Assembly (NCBI GenBank): GCA_963783305.1
Contig: CAWAMW010000016.1
Location: 672,001 to 736,000 of the forward strand
Length of the DNA: 64,000 nt
From: an uncultured Gemmatimonadales bacterium
Lineage (GTDB): Bacteria; Gemmatimonadota; Gemmatimonadetes; Longimicrobiales; RSA9
Reading direction: 5' to 3'
Positions 1 to 9,537 of the stretch are shown here, in pieces. The position numbers were made by a program, and so were the translations under genes. Each line of letters starts with the position of its first letter. Within the stretch, counting starts at the first letter, position 1. The notes beneath the pieces are model-generated. The model had not been told where the DNA came from and did no database searches. It was given only the letters and a program-made list of their open reading frames with translations.

Positions 1-1
1 G

Positions 2-826
2 GTGGGCACGCTCGGCCGGAGCGTGGCCGACGCCGCCGCGCTGCTGGAGGTGATCGCGGGCCCGGACCCGCGCGACGCGACCTGCGCGACGCGCCCGGCG
101 CCGGACCTGTTGAGCGGGTTGGACGACGGAGTGGAGGGGCTGGTGATCGGCGTGCCGGAGGAGTACTTCCCGGACGACCTGGACCCGGGGGTCCGCGACC
201 GCTGCAACGCCGCGCTGGCGGCGCTGACCGACGCGGGCGCGGAGGTCCGCCGCGTGTCGCTTCCGCACACGCACCTGGCGGTCCCGACCTATTACGTCCT
301 CGCCCCGGCGGAAGCGTCCAGCAACCTGGCGCGTTTCGATGGCGTGCGGTTCGGACAGCGCGCCGACGCCGCAGGCCTTCTCGATCTGTACCGTGAGACC
401 CGGGGTCACGGCTTCGGCGACGAGGTCAAGCGACGGATCGTGCTCGGCACGTTCGTCCTCTCCGCCGGCTACCACGACCGCTACTACGGCCGCGCGCAGG
501 GCGTCCGGTCGCTGATCGCGCGGGACTTCTCCGAGGTGTTCGCCAGCGGCGTCGACGCCCTGTTCACCCCCACCACACCCACCCCGGCGTTCCGGCTGGG
601 TGAGCGGATCGGAGACCCGTACGCCATGTACCGCGCCGACGCGTTCACGGCGCCCGCGAGCCTCGCGGGGGTCCCGGCGATCTCGGTGCCCGTCGGCGCC
701 GTGGATGGGCTGCCCGTGGGGGGGCAGGTGCTGGGGCCGGCGTGGGGCGAGGACGTGGTGGTACGCCTGGCGCGGGCCGTGGAGCGGGGACGGCCGAGCG
801 GTCCCGGCGCGGGGGCCGTCGCATGA
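2..826 (+). CDS. gatA: Asp-tRNA(Asn)/Glu-tRNA(Gln) amidotransferase subunit A (5' truncated by window)
   Basis: Amidase motifs AEASSNLARFDGVRFG and FGDEVKRRIVLGTFVLSAGY; ATGA overlap with gatB. Confidence 0.95.
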   Translation: MGTLGRSVADAAALLEVIAGPDPRDATCATRPAPDLLSGLDDGVEGLVIGVPEEYFPDDLDPGVRDRCNAALAALTDAGAEVRRVSLPHTHLAVPTYYVLAPAEASSNLARFDGVRFGQRADAAGLLDLYRETRGHGFGDEVKRRIVLGTFVLSAGYHDRYYGRAQGVRSLIARDFSEVFASGVDALFTPTTPTPAFRLGERIGDPYAMYRADAFTAPASLAGVPAISVPVGAVDGLPVGGQVLGPAWGEDVVVRLARAVERGRPSGPGAGAVA

Positions 827-2256
827 CGTACGAGACGGTGATCGGCCTCGAGATCCACGTGCAGCTGGCGACGCGCACGAAGATGTTCTGCGGCGACGAG
901 TACGAGTACGGCGCGCCGCCCAACACGCGCGTATGTCCGGTGTGCCTCGGACTCCCGGGCGCGCTGCCGGTGACGAACGAGGCGGCCGTGGAGCTGGCAG
1001 TCGCCGCGGCCGTGGCGCTCGGTTGCTCGGTGCAGCCGGTCAGCGTTTTCGCGCGCAAGAACTACTTCTACCCCGACCTTCCCAGGGGCTACCAGATCAC
1101 GCAGTACGACCGGCCGCTCGCCACCGCCGGCGCGGTCGCGGTGCCGGAGGGGGCGGTGCGGATCCAGCGTGTTCACCTGGAGGAGGATACCGGGAAATCC
1201 GATCACGACCGGTTCCCGGGGCGCACGGCCCTCGACTTCAATCGCGCCGGCGTCCCGCTCATCGAGATCGTCACGGAACCGGACATCCGGAGCCCCGCCC
1301 ACGCTCGCGCCTTCCTGCTCCGGCTGAAGCGCGTGCTGGAGTACCTGGGCGTGAGCGACTGTGAGATGGAGAAGGGCAGCCTGAGGGTCGACGCCAACAT
1401 CTCCGTCCGCCCCGCGGGTCGCGCAGCCCTCGGAACGAAGACCGAGGTGAAGAACCTCAACTCGTTCGCCAACGTGGAGCGTGCGCTCGTGTACGAAGCC
1501 GCACGGCAGGAGGCGGTCCTGGACGCGGGCGGGGCCGTGGCCCCTGAGACGCGGCTGTGGGACGCCGGGGCGGGGGAGGCACGGGCGATGCGCTCGAAGG
1601 AGGAGTCCCGGGACTACCGCTACTTTCCCGAGCCCGATCTTCCTGCTCTCGTCCTTTCCGACGAGCGGATCGCCACCACCCGCCAGGCGCTCCCCGAGCT
1701 TCCCGACGCCCGGGCCGCCCGGTTCATCGACGAGTATGGCCTGCCGGAGGCCGACGCCGACGTCCTTACCGCGAGCCGCGGCCTGGCCGACTATTTCGAG
1801 GCCGCTGTGCGGCAGGGAGCGGGCGAGCCGGAGCGGGCGCGGTCCGTGGCGGGCTGGGTGCGGACCGACGTGCTGGCGTGGCTGAACGAGCGCTCTGCCA
1901 GGATCGACGCGTTCCCCGTGGCGGCGGCCGACCTGGCGGAGCTGATCGGGCTGGTGCGCGACGGAACGCTCTCCAGCAGCATGGGCAGCACCGTGCTCGC
2001 CCGGATGGCCGAGACCGGCCGGCGGGCGTCCGCCATCGTGGAGGCAGAAGGCCTGGCGCAGGTCCGCGGAGAGGACCGGCTTCGCGGGTGGGTGGAGGAG
2101 GCGCGGTCGGCCCACCCCGAGGAGGCCGGGCGGCTGGATGCCGGCGAGCTGAAGCTCGTGGGTTTCTTCATGGGCGAGGTCATGCGCCTTTCGGGCGGTC
2201 GGGCGGATCCGCAGCGGGCCTCGGCGATGCTGCGGGAGCGGGGCGCCGGCGAGTAG
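823..2256 (+). CDS. gatB: Asp-tRNA(Asn)/Glu-tRNA(Gln) amidotransferase subunit B
   Basis: N-terminus YETVIGLEIHVQL; FARKNYFYPDLP; EVKNLNSF; DYRYFPEPDL; start set at ATG 823. Confidence 0.97.
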   Translation: MTYETVIGLEIHVQLATRTKMFCGDEYEYGAPPNTRVCPVCLGLPGALPVTNEAAVELAVAAAVALGCSVQPVSVFARKNYFYPDLPRGYQITQYDRPLATAGAVAVPEGAVRIQRVHLEEDTGKSDHDRFPGRTALDFNRAGVPLIEIVTEPDIRSPAHARAFLLRLKRVLEYLGVSDCEMEKGSLRVDANISVRPAGRAALGTKTEVKNLNSFANVERALVYEAARQEAVLDAGGAVAPETRLWDAGAGEARAMRSKEESRDYRYFPEPDLPALVLSDERIATTRQALPELPDARAARFIDEYGLPEADADVLTASRGLADYFEAAVRQGAGEPERARSVAGWVRTDVLAWLNERSARIDAFPVAAADLAELIGLVRDGTLSSSMGSTVLARMAETGRRASAIVEAEGLAQVRGEDRLRGWVEEARSAHPEEAGRLDAGELKLVGFFMGEVMRLSGGRADPQRASAMLRERGAGE

Positions 2257-2287
2257 CCGTGACCCTCACCATAGAGAAGAGAGACCC

Positions 2288-2578
2288 ATGTACGGCCTGA
2301 TCGGGAAAATGATCGCGAGGGAAGGGGAGCGGGACGCGCTGGCGTCGATCCTCATTGACGGTGTGGCGGGAATGCCAGGGTGCCTGAGCTACGTCGTCGC
2401 CGCAGACGAGGAGGACCCGCACGCGCTCTGGGTGACGGAAGTCTGGGACCGCGAGGAGAGCCACGCGGCGTCGTTGTCGCTGCCGACGGTGAAGGAGGCC
2501 ATCGCCCGCGGTCGGCCGCTGATCCAGGGGTTCGCCGACCGGTTCGTGACTCGGCCGCTCGGCGGACAGGGGCTCTGA
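2288..2578 (+). CDS. ABM / putative quinol monooxygenase family protein
   Basis: 96 aa; MPGCLSYVVAADEEDPHALWVTEVW...SHAASL pattern typical of the ABM fold. Confidence 0.8.
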   Translation: MYGLIGKMIAREGERDALASILIDGVAGMPGCLSYVVAADEEDPHALWVTEVWDREESHAASLSLPTVKEAIARGRPLIQGFADRFVTRPLGGQGL

Positions 2579-2579
2579 C

Positions 2580-3140
2580 ATGGCCGACCAAGAGGAACGC
2601 CCGGCGCCGGACGAGTACGCGCCCTTCTACGGCCGCTACATTGACCGCGTCCCTGCGGGCGGGATCGTCGGCATCCTGGCGCGGCAGGTCCACGAGACGG
2701 TGGCCCTCCTGGAGGGGCTGCCGGACCGCGCCGCGGAGCACCGGTACGCGCCGGGGAAGTGGTCGATCAAGGAGGTAGTGGGGCACGTCGCTGATGGGGA
2801 GCGGGTGTTCGCGTATCGGGCGCTGCGCTTCGGCCGCGGCGACGGCATCGCGCTCCCGGGCTTCGACGAGAACCGGTATGTCCCCGCGGGCTGCTTCGGC
2901 GACCGTTCGCTGGCGAGCGTGCTGGACGAGCTCGTGGCCGTGCGCCGCGCGACCGTCACCCTGCTGGATGGACTGCCGGCGGACGCGTGGTCGTGGCGCG
3001 GTGAGGCGAGCGGTGCGGACGTGACGGTGCGGGCGCTGGCATACATGGCGGCGGGCCATGAGCTGCATCACCGGGCCCTGCTCGAGGACCGCTACGGTGT
3101 CCGGGAACTGGCGGCCGGGGGGGGCGCCGCCGGGGAGTGA
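2580..3140 (+). CDS. DinB family protein
   Basis: YAPGKWSIKEVVGHVAD and AGHELHH His motifs. Confidence 0.88.
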   Translation: MADQEERPAPDEYAPFYGRYIDRVPAGGIVGILARQVHETVALLEGLPDRAAEHRYAPGKWSIKEVVGHVADGERVFAYRALRFGRGDGIALPGFDENRYVPAGCFGDRSLASVLDELVAVRRATVTLLDGLPADAWSWRGEASGADVTVRALAYMAAGHELHHRALLEDRYGVRELAAGGGAAGE

Positions 3141-3237
3141 CGCGGCCGCGGGTCGGCGGCGGCGGACTTGTTGCGCGCCCGCGACCGTCGACATATTGGA
3201 GACGCGCGAGTCGACCCCCCCATCCAGCAGACTCCCA

Positions 3238-5144
3238 ATGCAGGGCATCCTCCAGAAGATCCGCTCGCTCTCCCGTGAGTTGAAGCGCCGCCGCGTCTAT
3301 CGCGTGTCGGCCTACTACGCGGCCGGCGCGTTCGCGGTACTCCAGGGCGCCGATCTGCTCGTCGGCGTGCTCCTCCTGCCTGACTGGGTCGTCGCGGCCC
3401 TGGGCGTTGCGGCCGTCATCGGCTTTCCGGTGGCGGTGGCGATCGCATGGGCGTTCCAGCTCACGCCGGAGGGCGTGCAGCCGGAGCAACCGGGTGGGGA
3501 CCGCCAGGTGCTGCGCTGGGCCCTGCGCGGGGTCGTGGTGGGCGTGGTGTTGATGGCCAGCGTGGTGGCGGGATGGTCGAGCTGGACATACTGGCTCGGA
3601 CCGGACGTGGCGCAGGCGGTTCCGCCGCTGGCGATGGCCGACCGCGGGGACGAGGCGGGCCCCCCCCGGACCCCGCGCGGATCGCCGTCCTCTATTTCGA
3701 TGATCACAGCCAGGGCCAGGACATGGGCTACCTGGCGGATGGGATCACCGAATCGCTGCTGCACGAGCTGGCGCAGATCCCGGCGCTGACCGTGGTCTCT
3801 CGGAACGCCACGAAGGCGTACCGGAACGGTGCAATCTCCCTGGACTCCCTGCTGAGTTCGCTGAGGGTCGGCAGCCTGGTGGAGGGGAGCGTGAGCGAGT
3901 CGGCGGGCCGCGTGCGCGTCACGGTGCAGCTGATCGACGCAGCCACCGGCGTTCACCTGGGCAGCCGCGTCCTCGAGCGCCCCAGCACGGAACTCTTCGC
4001 GCTTCAGGACGACCTCACCGAGGAGGTGGCGCGCGTGCTGCGACGGCAGCTCGGCGACGAGATCCGCATCCGGGAGGAACGCCGGGGCGCGACGAACCTG
4101 GAGGCGTGGCGACTCTACCGTCGCGCCGAGGAGCGGCGGGACGAGGACTGGCAGCTCTGGCGGGACGATGCGGCCGCGGGCATCCGTTCTCTGCTCGAGG
4201 CAGACTCGCTCCTGGAGCGGGCCGAGCGGCTGGATCCAGCGTGGGCTCAGCCTAGCGTGGCTCGGGCCTGGAACGCCGCCCGGCTCGCCTGGCGGACCGG
4301 GGATCCCCCTGGAGTGGCCATGGACTCCGTCTGGGCAGCGCGCGCGCTGCGGCACGCGGACCGGGCTATCTCACTGGGACCGGAGGCCGCGGCGGGGCTC
4401 GAGGTTCGGGGTCTCATCCTCGCCGGGCTGGCCCCCTCGGCGTCCGAACCCGAGGCGGCGCGGGAGGAGGCGGCGCGTGTGCTTCAGCGCGCCATCACGT
4501 TGGATCCTCGGGCGGCCCGCGCCTGGGGCGAGCTGGCGTCTCTGCGCGTGGCGCAGGGGCGGTTCCCCGAAGCGAGGCAGGCGGCGCGACGAGCGCTGGC
4601 GGCGGACGCGTTCCTCGAGGAGGCCGCCGAGGTGACCCACACGCTGTACTTCAGCGCATTGCAGGAGGGGCCCGAGCCAGAAGCGGTAGAGCAGTGCAAC
4701 GACGGCCGTGCGCGCTTCCCCGAGGAGAGCGAGTTCGTCGTGTGCCAGCTCTTCCTGCTGGCGTCGTTCCCGCAGGTGGAGCCGGACGTGGACAGGGCCT
4801 GGGCTCTGGTGGACACGCTCACAGCCCTCGTGGCGGAGCGCACACGCCCCGCCTTCCACGCGTACGGCTCCGTCCAGGTGGCGAAGGTCGCCGCCAGGGC
4901 GGGACTCCCCGACAGCGCACGCGCCATACTGCGCGGCGCACGCGGCGAGGAGACGCCCCAGTGGCTCGCGTACGATGAGGCCCACGTCCGGGTGCTGCTG
5001 GGCGAACACGACGACGCGATCCGTCTGCTCCGGCAGTATCTGCACGGCGGCGCAGACCCCGCCTTCCTCGCCCGCGACTGGTGGTTCAGCGACCTGCGGG
5101 ACGATCCTCGCTTCCAGGCGCTCGTGGGGCGCGCCGGCGGTTGA
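3238..5144 (+). pseudogene. Membrane-anchored TolB-like/TPR protein with a frameshift at C8 run 3660-3667
   Basis: N-terminal ELKRRRVYRV plus 3 hydrophobic segments in one frame; RIAVLYFDD...LADGITESLLHELAQ plus TPR-like helices in another frame; one extra C rejoins them into about 635 aa. Confidence 0.7.
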
Positions 5145-5171
5145 CCGTCGGCGCCTCCCACGGCGCCTCCC

Positions 5172-5720
5172 TCAGTAGCTGTCCCGGCAGTTCGTGCTCG
5201 TGGACATCATGAACTTGTCCTTGATGACGATGTCCGGGTCCCGCCCGACCGTGTCGCCGGCATCGGTCACGACCTGCACCACGTAGGGGAACACGCTGTC
5301 CACGGCCAGCTTCGGGTCGATCACGGCGCCGTTCGGGGTCCCGGGGCGGTTCTCGTGCGACGCGATCAGGGTATCGCCGCCGATGAAGGGGCTGCCCTCC
5401 TTGAACCGCACCAGCCAGGCCGTGATGGTCGTTGTCGTGTCCGCCCACTGCCAGTGCACACGGGCGCCCTGCCGGCCGCACACGCTCGGGATGTCGACCA
5501 CCGGCGTATCGTTCGCGAGCGTTATCCCGACGATGTTGGGCTGCGGCACGGTGTCGGCGTTCGCGTCGGCGACGGGCACGCTGTCCCCTGCAACGCCCGG
5601 CGCCGCCTCGTCGTCGCCATCGCAGGCACCGAGGTGGAAGGGGAGCGCGAGGGCGAGAAGGACGGGCGCGAATCGGGATGGGCGGCGGAACAACGGCCTT
5701 GTGCCTGTCAGTGCGTTCAT
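5172..5720 (-). CDS. Hypothetical lipoprotein with a beta-rich domain
   Basis: Signal peptide with lipobox LGA-C; GAGGGG upstream of the ATG. Confidence 0.65.
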   Translation of the reverse strand: MNALTGTRPLFRRPSRFAPVLLALALPFHLGACDGDDEAAPGVAGDSVPVADANADTVPQPNIVGITLANDTPVVDIPSVCGRQGARVHWQWADTTTTITAWLVRFKEGSPFIGGDTLIASHENRPGTPNGAVIDPKLAVDSVFPYVVQVVTDAGDTVGRDPDIVIKDKFMMSTSTNCRDSY

Positions 5721-5836
5721 GGAGGCCCCTCAATGACGGTGGGAATACGCCCGGATGGGGGTCCGGGCGAGCGGGTGCAGCCATAGATAGGACTTCGGCT
5801 GGCGCAGCGCCAGCCGGACGTGGGGGTCCGCGCGGT

Positions 5837-6754
5837 TCAGCCCGACTGAACGGCCGGGGCGCTCCGCTGACCCCAGTAGTCGAGAGGGTCGTCCGGCAGG
5901 GGGAAGAAGTCGTCGGCCATGGCGCGCATCCGGTCGTACTCGTCGGCGTTGCCATCGCGGAGCGCCATGCGGCGCACCTTTTTCGCCAGGTGGAGATTGA
6001 AATCGCCGATGGGATCACGCGCGGCGGCGTGGGACGCGCGGCGCCGGTGGAGGTAGTCCACCATGGAATCGAACGCCCTGGAGAGGTAATCCTCGGTGTC
6101 GTCGCTCCGGAGGTCCCAGCGGGAGCGCTCCAGAACACGACCGAAGACGTTATGCCACCGTTCGTTGTCCTGGAACCGCACCATGCCCCGGAAGATCCGG
6201 CGGTTGGTCTCGAAGCTGAATATGGTTCCCGACAGTACGCTGTCGAATAGGTTGTCCGCCTCGCCATGGTCGTACTCCACGACCACCTCCCGGGCTCGTC
6301 CTGTGTAGCCCTCGCCGAGCTCGGTGTCCAGCCGGTGCTCCCAGTAGGCGTGACCGAGCGCCTTGGTGGAGCTGGTGAGCATGAGTTGCCGCGGGACGTA
6401 GAAGTTGTGGGCGATGGTGTCGGCGGCGAGGTGGCAGAGGTAGCCGTATCCGGCGGCGCGGAGCCGGTCGTTGCGGGCGCCCGCCAGGATCTCCTCGCCC
6501 ACGTGCCAGTAATGGGAGTGGCGGCCGGCCGGCACATACTTCTTGGCGAAGGAGATGTCGGCGGCCACCGACCCGTAGAGGAAACTGAGCGGGTAGGCGC
6601 GAAGCACATCCGCGATGGCCGCGGGGAGGAGATAGAGCGAGCTCAGCAGGTGCTCGCCCAGCAGGATGTGCGTGGCCGGACCGAAGGCGAACAGGCGCTC
6701 CGGCGTGAACAGCAGGAGCGCCAGTGCCCCGGCGAGAGGTGCGACGAGCTTCAA
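5837..6754 (-). CDS. Zinc-dependent phospholipase C family protein (signal peptide-like N-terminus)
   Basis: A/FGPATH, GSVAAD, HSHYWH, GYLCHLAADTIAH and HAYWE metal-ligand motifs; TTG start. Confidence 0.8.
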   Translation of the reverse strand: MKLVAPLAGALALLLFTPERLFAFGPATHILLGEHLLSSLYLLPAAIADVLRAYPLSFLYGSVAADISFAKKYVPAGRHSHYWHVGEEILAGARNDRLRAAGYGYLCHLAADTIAHNFYVPRQLMLTSSTKALGHAYWEHRLDTELGEGYTGRAREVVVEYDHGEADNLFDSVLSGTIFSFETNRRIFRGMVRFQDNERWHNVFGRVLERSRWDLRSDDTEDYLSRAFDSMVDYLHRRRASHAAARDPIGDFNLHLAKKVRRMALRDGNADEYDRMRAMADDFFPLPDDPLDYWGQRSAPAVQSG

Positions 6755-6761
6755 GGCTGGA

Positions 6762-7148
6762 TCAGCTCCGGAGCCGCTTGCCGCTCTTCTTCAGAGTCTT
6801 CCGCGCCTGGTCCAGCTGGTCGGCGACGGAATCGGCGATCTCCGAACGCGCTTCGGCCACCATGGCGGCCACCTCGTCGCGCATCTCCGTCACCACGGCG
6901 CGGCTGGCATCCAGCACCTCCTCGCTCCACTCCGAGGCCGCGCCGGCCGCCGCATCCGCCTGCCGGCCCATGCTCTTCCGGGCGCGGGCGGAGCGCTTTG
7001 CCAGCTTCTTCCGGTATGGCTTCAGCTCTTTCATGAGCTTCTCCTTCCGCGTGGGCGGCTTCGGCGCGAACATCAGCGCCGCTCCAACGCCAAGGGCGGC
7101 GCCCACCACGAAGGCGGCGAGGTAATCGGTCGTTTCTTCCTGCTTCAT
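6762..7148 (-). CDS. YtxH domain protein
   Basis: FVVGAALGVGAALMFAP followed by an amphipathic helical region; start set at ATG 7148. Confidence 0.82.
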   Translation of the reverse strand: MKQEETTDYLAAFVVGAALGVGAALMFAPKPPTRKEKLMKELKPYRKKLAKRSARARKSMGRQADAAAGAASEWSEEVLDASRAVVTEMRDEVAAMVAEARSEIADSVADQLDQARKTLKKSGKRLRS

Positions 7149-7223
7149 GATCGTTCCCGGTCTGGAGGGCCCTGGCCGCGGCACCATCGCCCGCGGTCCG
7201 TCTGTGCTGCGCTCCTATCTGCT

Positions 7224-7239
7224 TGCAACGCCCGGGCCG
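7224..7239 (-). promoter_or_regulatory. sigma54-like -24/-12 element upstream of the YtxH gene
   Basis: Minus strand reads CGGCCCGGGCGTTGCA (GG-N10-GC, ending TTGCA). Confidence 0.45.
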
Positions 7240-7255
7240 TCGGCATCAGGAGGGC

Positions 7256-8512
7256 TCAACGCTCGGCCCGTTCCTCGCTCAGCTTCCGCTCCATCCCGGT
7301 CGTAATCTCGCCCGCGTCCCGCAGCACGTCGCGGGTGAGGAACGGCCCCACGAGCTCGCTGGCGGCCACGCCCACGACGATGGCCCCGAACGCGATCCCG
7401 AGGGGCGTCCGAGCGGGGCCCGAGATGGCGTCGTAGGTGAGGGCTGCGCTGAGCGCCATGGCCAGGCTGATCCCGCCCTGGGGCACGAGCCCCAGTCCCG
7501 CGTTGGTCGGGGGCCGGATGGGGAGCCTCAGGGCGCTCAGCGCCAGGCGGCTCCCGCCGTACTTCGCGGTGCCCCGGACGAAAAGGTACGCAATGCCGAG
7601 GGGCACGGCGATCCAGCTGGAGGCGCCGAGGAGGGAACCGGCGAGAATCAGGAGCACGATGAAGATGGGCTGCTCCCACTCCTGGAGCACGGTGAACACG
7701 CGGCGCCGGAGCGGCGACATGTTGGCGATGACGGCGCCGGTGATCATGCAGACGTAGAGCGGGGAAACGCCCATGTAGAGCGCGGTCCCCGCCTCGAACA
7801 CCACCAGCCCGATCAGGAAGAGGATGAGCTCGTCGCCATGAGGCTTCGGTCGGGTCAGCCAGAGGAAGAATATGGCGAAGACCACCCCCGCTGCGGTGGC
7901 GGCGGCGAACCAGATCCACCAGCCAATGGCGGCGAGCTCCGGTGCGCCCATGCCATGGAAGACGGAGTAGAGGAGCTGAAGCGCGACGATCCCGACCACC
8001 GCGTCGAGGCTTGCGCTGTAGAAGAGGAAGCGCGTGAGCTGGCCATCCACCCGGAACGTCCGACTGATGAGGGCGATCCCGGCGGGGGCGGATACCGCGG
8101 CCGTGGCGGAGGCGACGAGGAGCGCAAGGGCGACATCCTCCGTGAGATGACCGGTGACGTGAAAAACGCCGAATGCGGCGAGCGCAAAGAGGACGAAGGT
8201 GGCGCAGGCCTGGAGCAGGGCGAAACCCAGGTAGGCCACCGGGAAATGGGCAAGCTGGGCCCGGTCGAGCTGCAGTCCGAAGAGGAGCCCGATCCAGCCG
8301 AGACCGAGAGCCATGAGCGGCTGGAGCTGTCCTACCAGGTCGGGGGTGAGGAGCCCCAGCACGGGTCCCAGGAAGAGGCCGAGAAGCAGGAAGTGCAGGC
8401 CCGTGGCGAAGAGGAGCTGCGGGCCGAGCGGTGTGCGGCTGGCATCGAACGCGAAGCGGGAGCCGACGAGTCCGACCAGGACGAGGATGAGCACGCCCAC
8501 GAGCGGGCTCAT
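7256..8512 (-). CDS. Cation:proton antiporter (CPA family) membrane protein
   Basis: 418 aa, about 12 hydrophobic segments; ASLDAVVGI, PQGGISLAMAL and SELVGPFLT motifs typical of CPA transporters. Confidence 0.75.
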   Translation of the reverse strand: MSPLVGVLILVLVGLVGSRFAFDASRTPLGPQLLFATGLHFLLLGLFLGPVLGLLTPDLVGQLQPLMALGLGWIGLLFGLQLDRAQLAHFPVAYLGFALLQACATFVLFALAAFGVFHVTGHLTEDVALALLVASATAAVSAPAGIALISRTFRVDGQLTRFLFYSASLDAVVGIVALQLLYSVFHGMGAPELAAIGWWIWFAAATAAGVVFAIFFLWLTRPKPHGDELILFLIGLVVFEAGTALYMGVSPLYVCMITGAVIANMSPLRRRVFTVLQEWEQPIFIVLLILAGSLLGASSWIAVPLGIAYLFVRGTAKYGGSRLALSALRLPIRPPTNAGLGLVPQGGISLAMALSAALTYDAISGPARTPLGIAFGAIVVGVAASELVGPFLTRDVLRDAGEITTGMERKLSEERAER

Positions 8513-8531
8513 GGACGGACCCGGTCCGCTC

Positions 8532-8885
8532 TCACAGGTCCGCCGAGCCCAACTCCGGCGCGAGGCCCGTGACGCGTGCGACCGGAATTGTGAACGCGAT
8601 CCCGGTGGCGGGGTCGTTCAGATCGCCGCAGATCTCCTGGAGCAGCGCGAGGGCGCCCTCCATCTTCTCGTCGTTGTCGATGACGCTGAAGATGGTCTTG
8701 TTCTGCGGACGAGCCCGTGAAAGGAGCGTCTGGAGCCCGGCGAAGATGGGGATGTCGTGACTGAGCACGTGCCCCATCCCTTCGCTGTCGATGATGGTAG
8801 CGCCCGTGATGCCGAGCTCGAGGAACCCCGACAGGATTTCGTCGAGGCGGCCCTCCTGGTTGATGACCGCGATCAGGAGCTCCAT
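8532..8885 (-). CDS. PII-like (GlnB-fold) regulator
   Basis: 117 aa; LGITGATIIDSEGMG and TGIAFTIPV PII-like patterns. Confidence 0.75.
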   Translation of the reverse strand: MELLIAVINQEGRLDEILSGFLELGITGATIIDSEGMGHVLSHDIPIFAGLQTLLSRARPQNKTIFSVIDNDEKMEGALALLQEICGDLNDPATGIAFTIPVARVTGLAPELGSADL

Positions 8886-8892
8886 GGTCGCC

Positions 8893-9363
8893 TCAAACGT
8901 GGAGTGCGTCTTCGCGCTCGATCTCCCTGATCAGCGCTTCACGGGATTCCGCGGCCACGAGCCTCTCCACGAACTCCGCGTCGCGGACGAGGCGTACGAT
9001 CCGTGCCAGGATCTTGATGTGTGGGCCCGCCTGGTCGGTGGGGGAGAGGAGCAGGAAGAAGAGGCGGTCGGCCTGGACCTCGGTCCCGTCCCCGCTGAAT
9101 ACGATTCCGCCGGGCGCGGTGGCGACGAGCAGCGTGGGCTGGCGTACGGCGGGCGTGGTGGAATGGGGGAGCGCCACTCCATTGCCGAGTGATGTAGTGT
9201 GGCTCCGCTCCCTCTGGAGCACGGACGCCTTGACCGGCGAAGTGTCGCTCACACGGCCGGCGTCGCCGATACGGTCCACGAGCGCGCCAATGGTGTCCTC
9301 CACACCCTCGGACTCGAGTCCGATTACCACCAGGTCCGACTCCAGGTACTCACTCAGTCGCAT
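8893..9363 (-). CDS. PTS EIIA (fructose/mannitol/Ntr-type) domain protein
   Basis: RERSHTTSLGNGVALPH phospho-His motif; HIKILARIVRL; start ATG 9363. Confidence 0.88.
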   Translation of the reverse strand: MRLSEYLESDLVVIGLESEGVEDTIGALVDRIGDAGRVSDTSPVKASVLQRERSHTTSLGNGVALPHSTTPAVRQPTLLVATAPGGIVFSGDGTEVQADRLFFLLLSPTDQAGPHIKILARIVRLVRDAEFVERLVAAESREALIREIEREDALHV

Positions 9364-9395
9364 GACGGCTTCTGGGAAGGGGGAACCCTGACTCG

Positions 9396-9470
9396 AAGCT
9401 AGATCCGGCCGGTCGCGTGCGTCAACCGACCTCGGACTATTTGGCGGTGGTTCCGTGCGCCCGGTATGCT
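9396..9470. promoter_or_regulatory. Divergent sigma70-like promoters for the EIIA operon (minus) and murA (plus)
   Basis: Minus: TTGACG-18-TAGCTT (9425..9396). Plus: TTGGCG-18-TATGCT (9441..9470). Confidence 0.5.
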
Positions 9471-9537
9471 TTTTCCATCGCTCCTGGCCTTCTGCCGACC
9501 ATCGGGGTCGGTACCCCTGTTCACAGCACATACGAGA

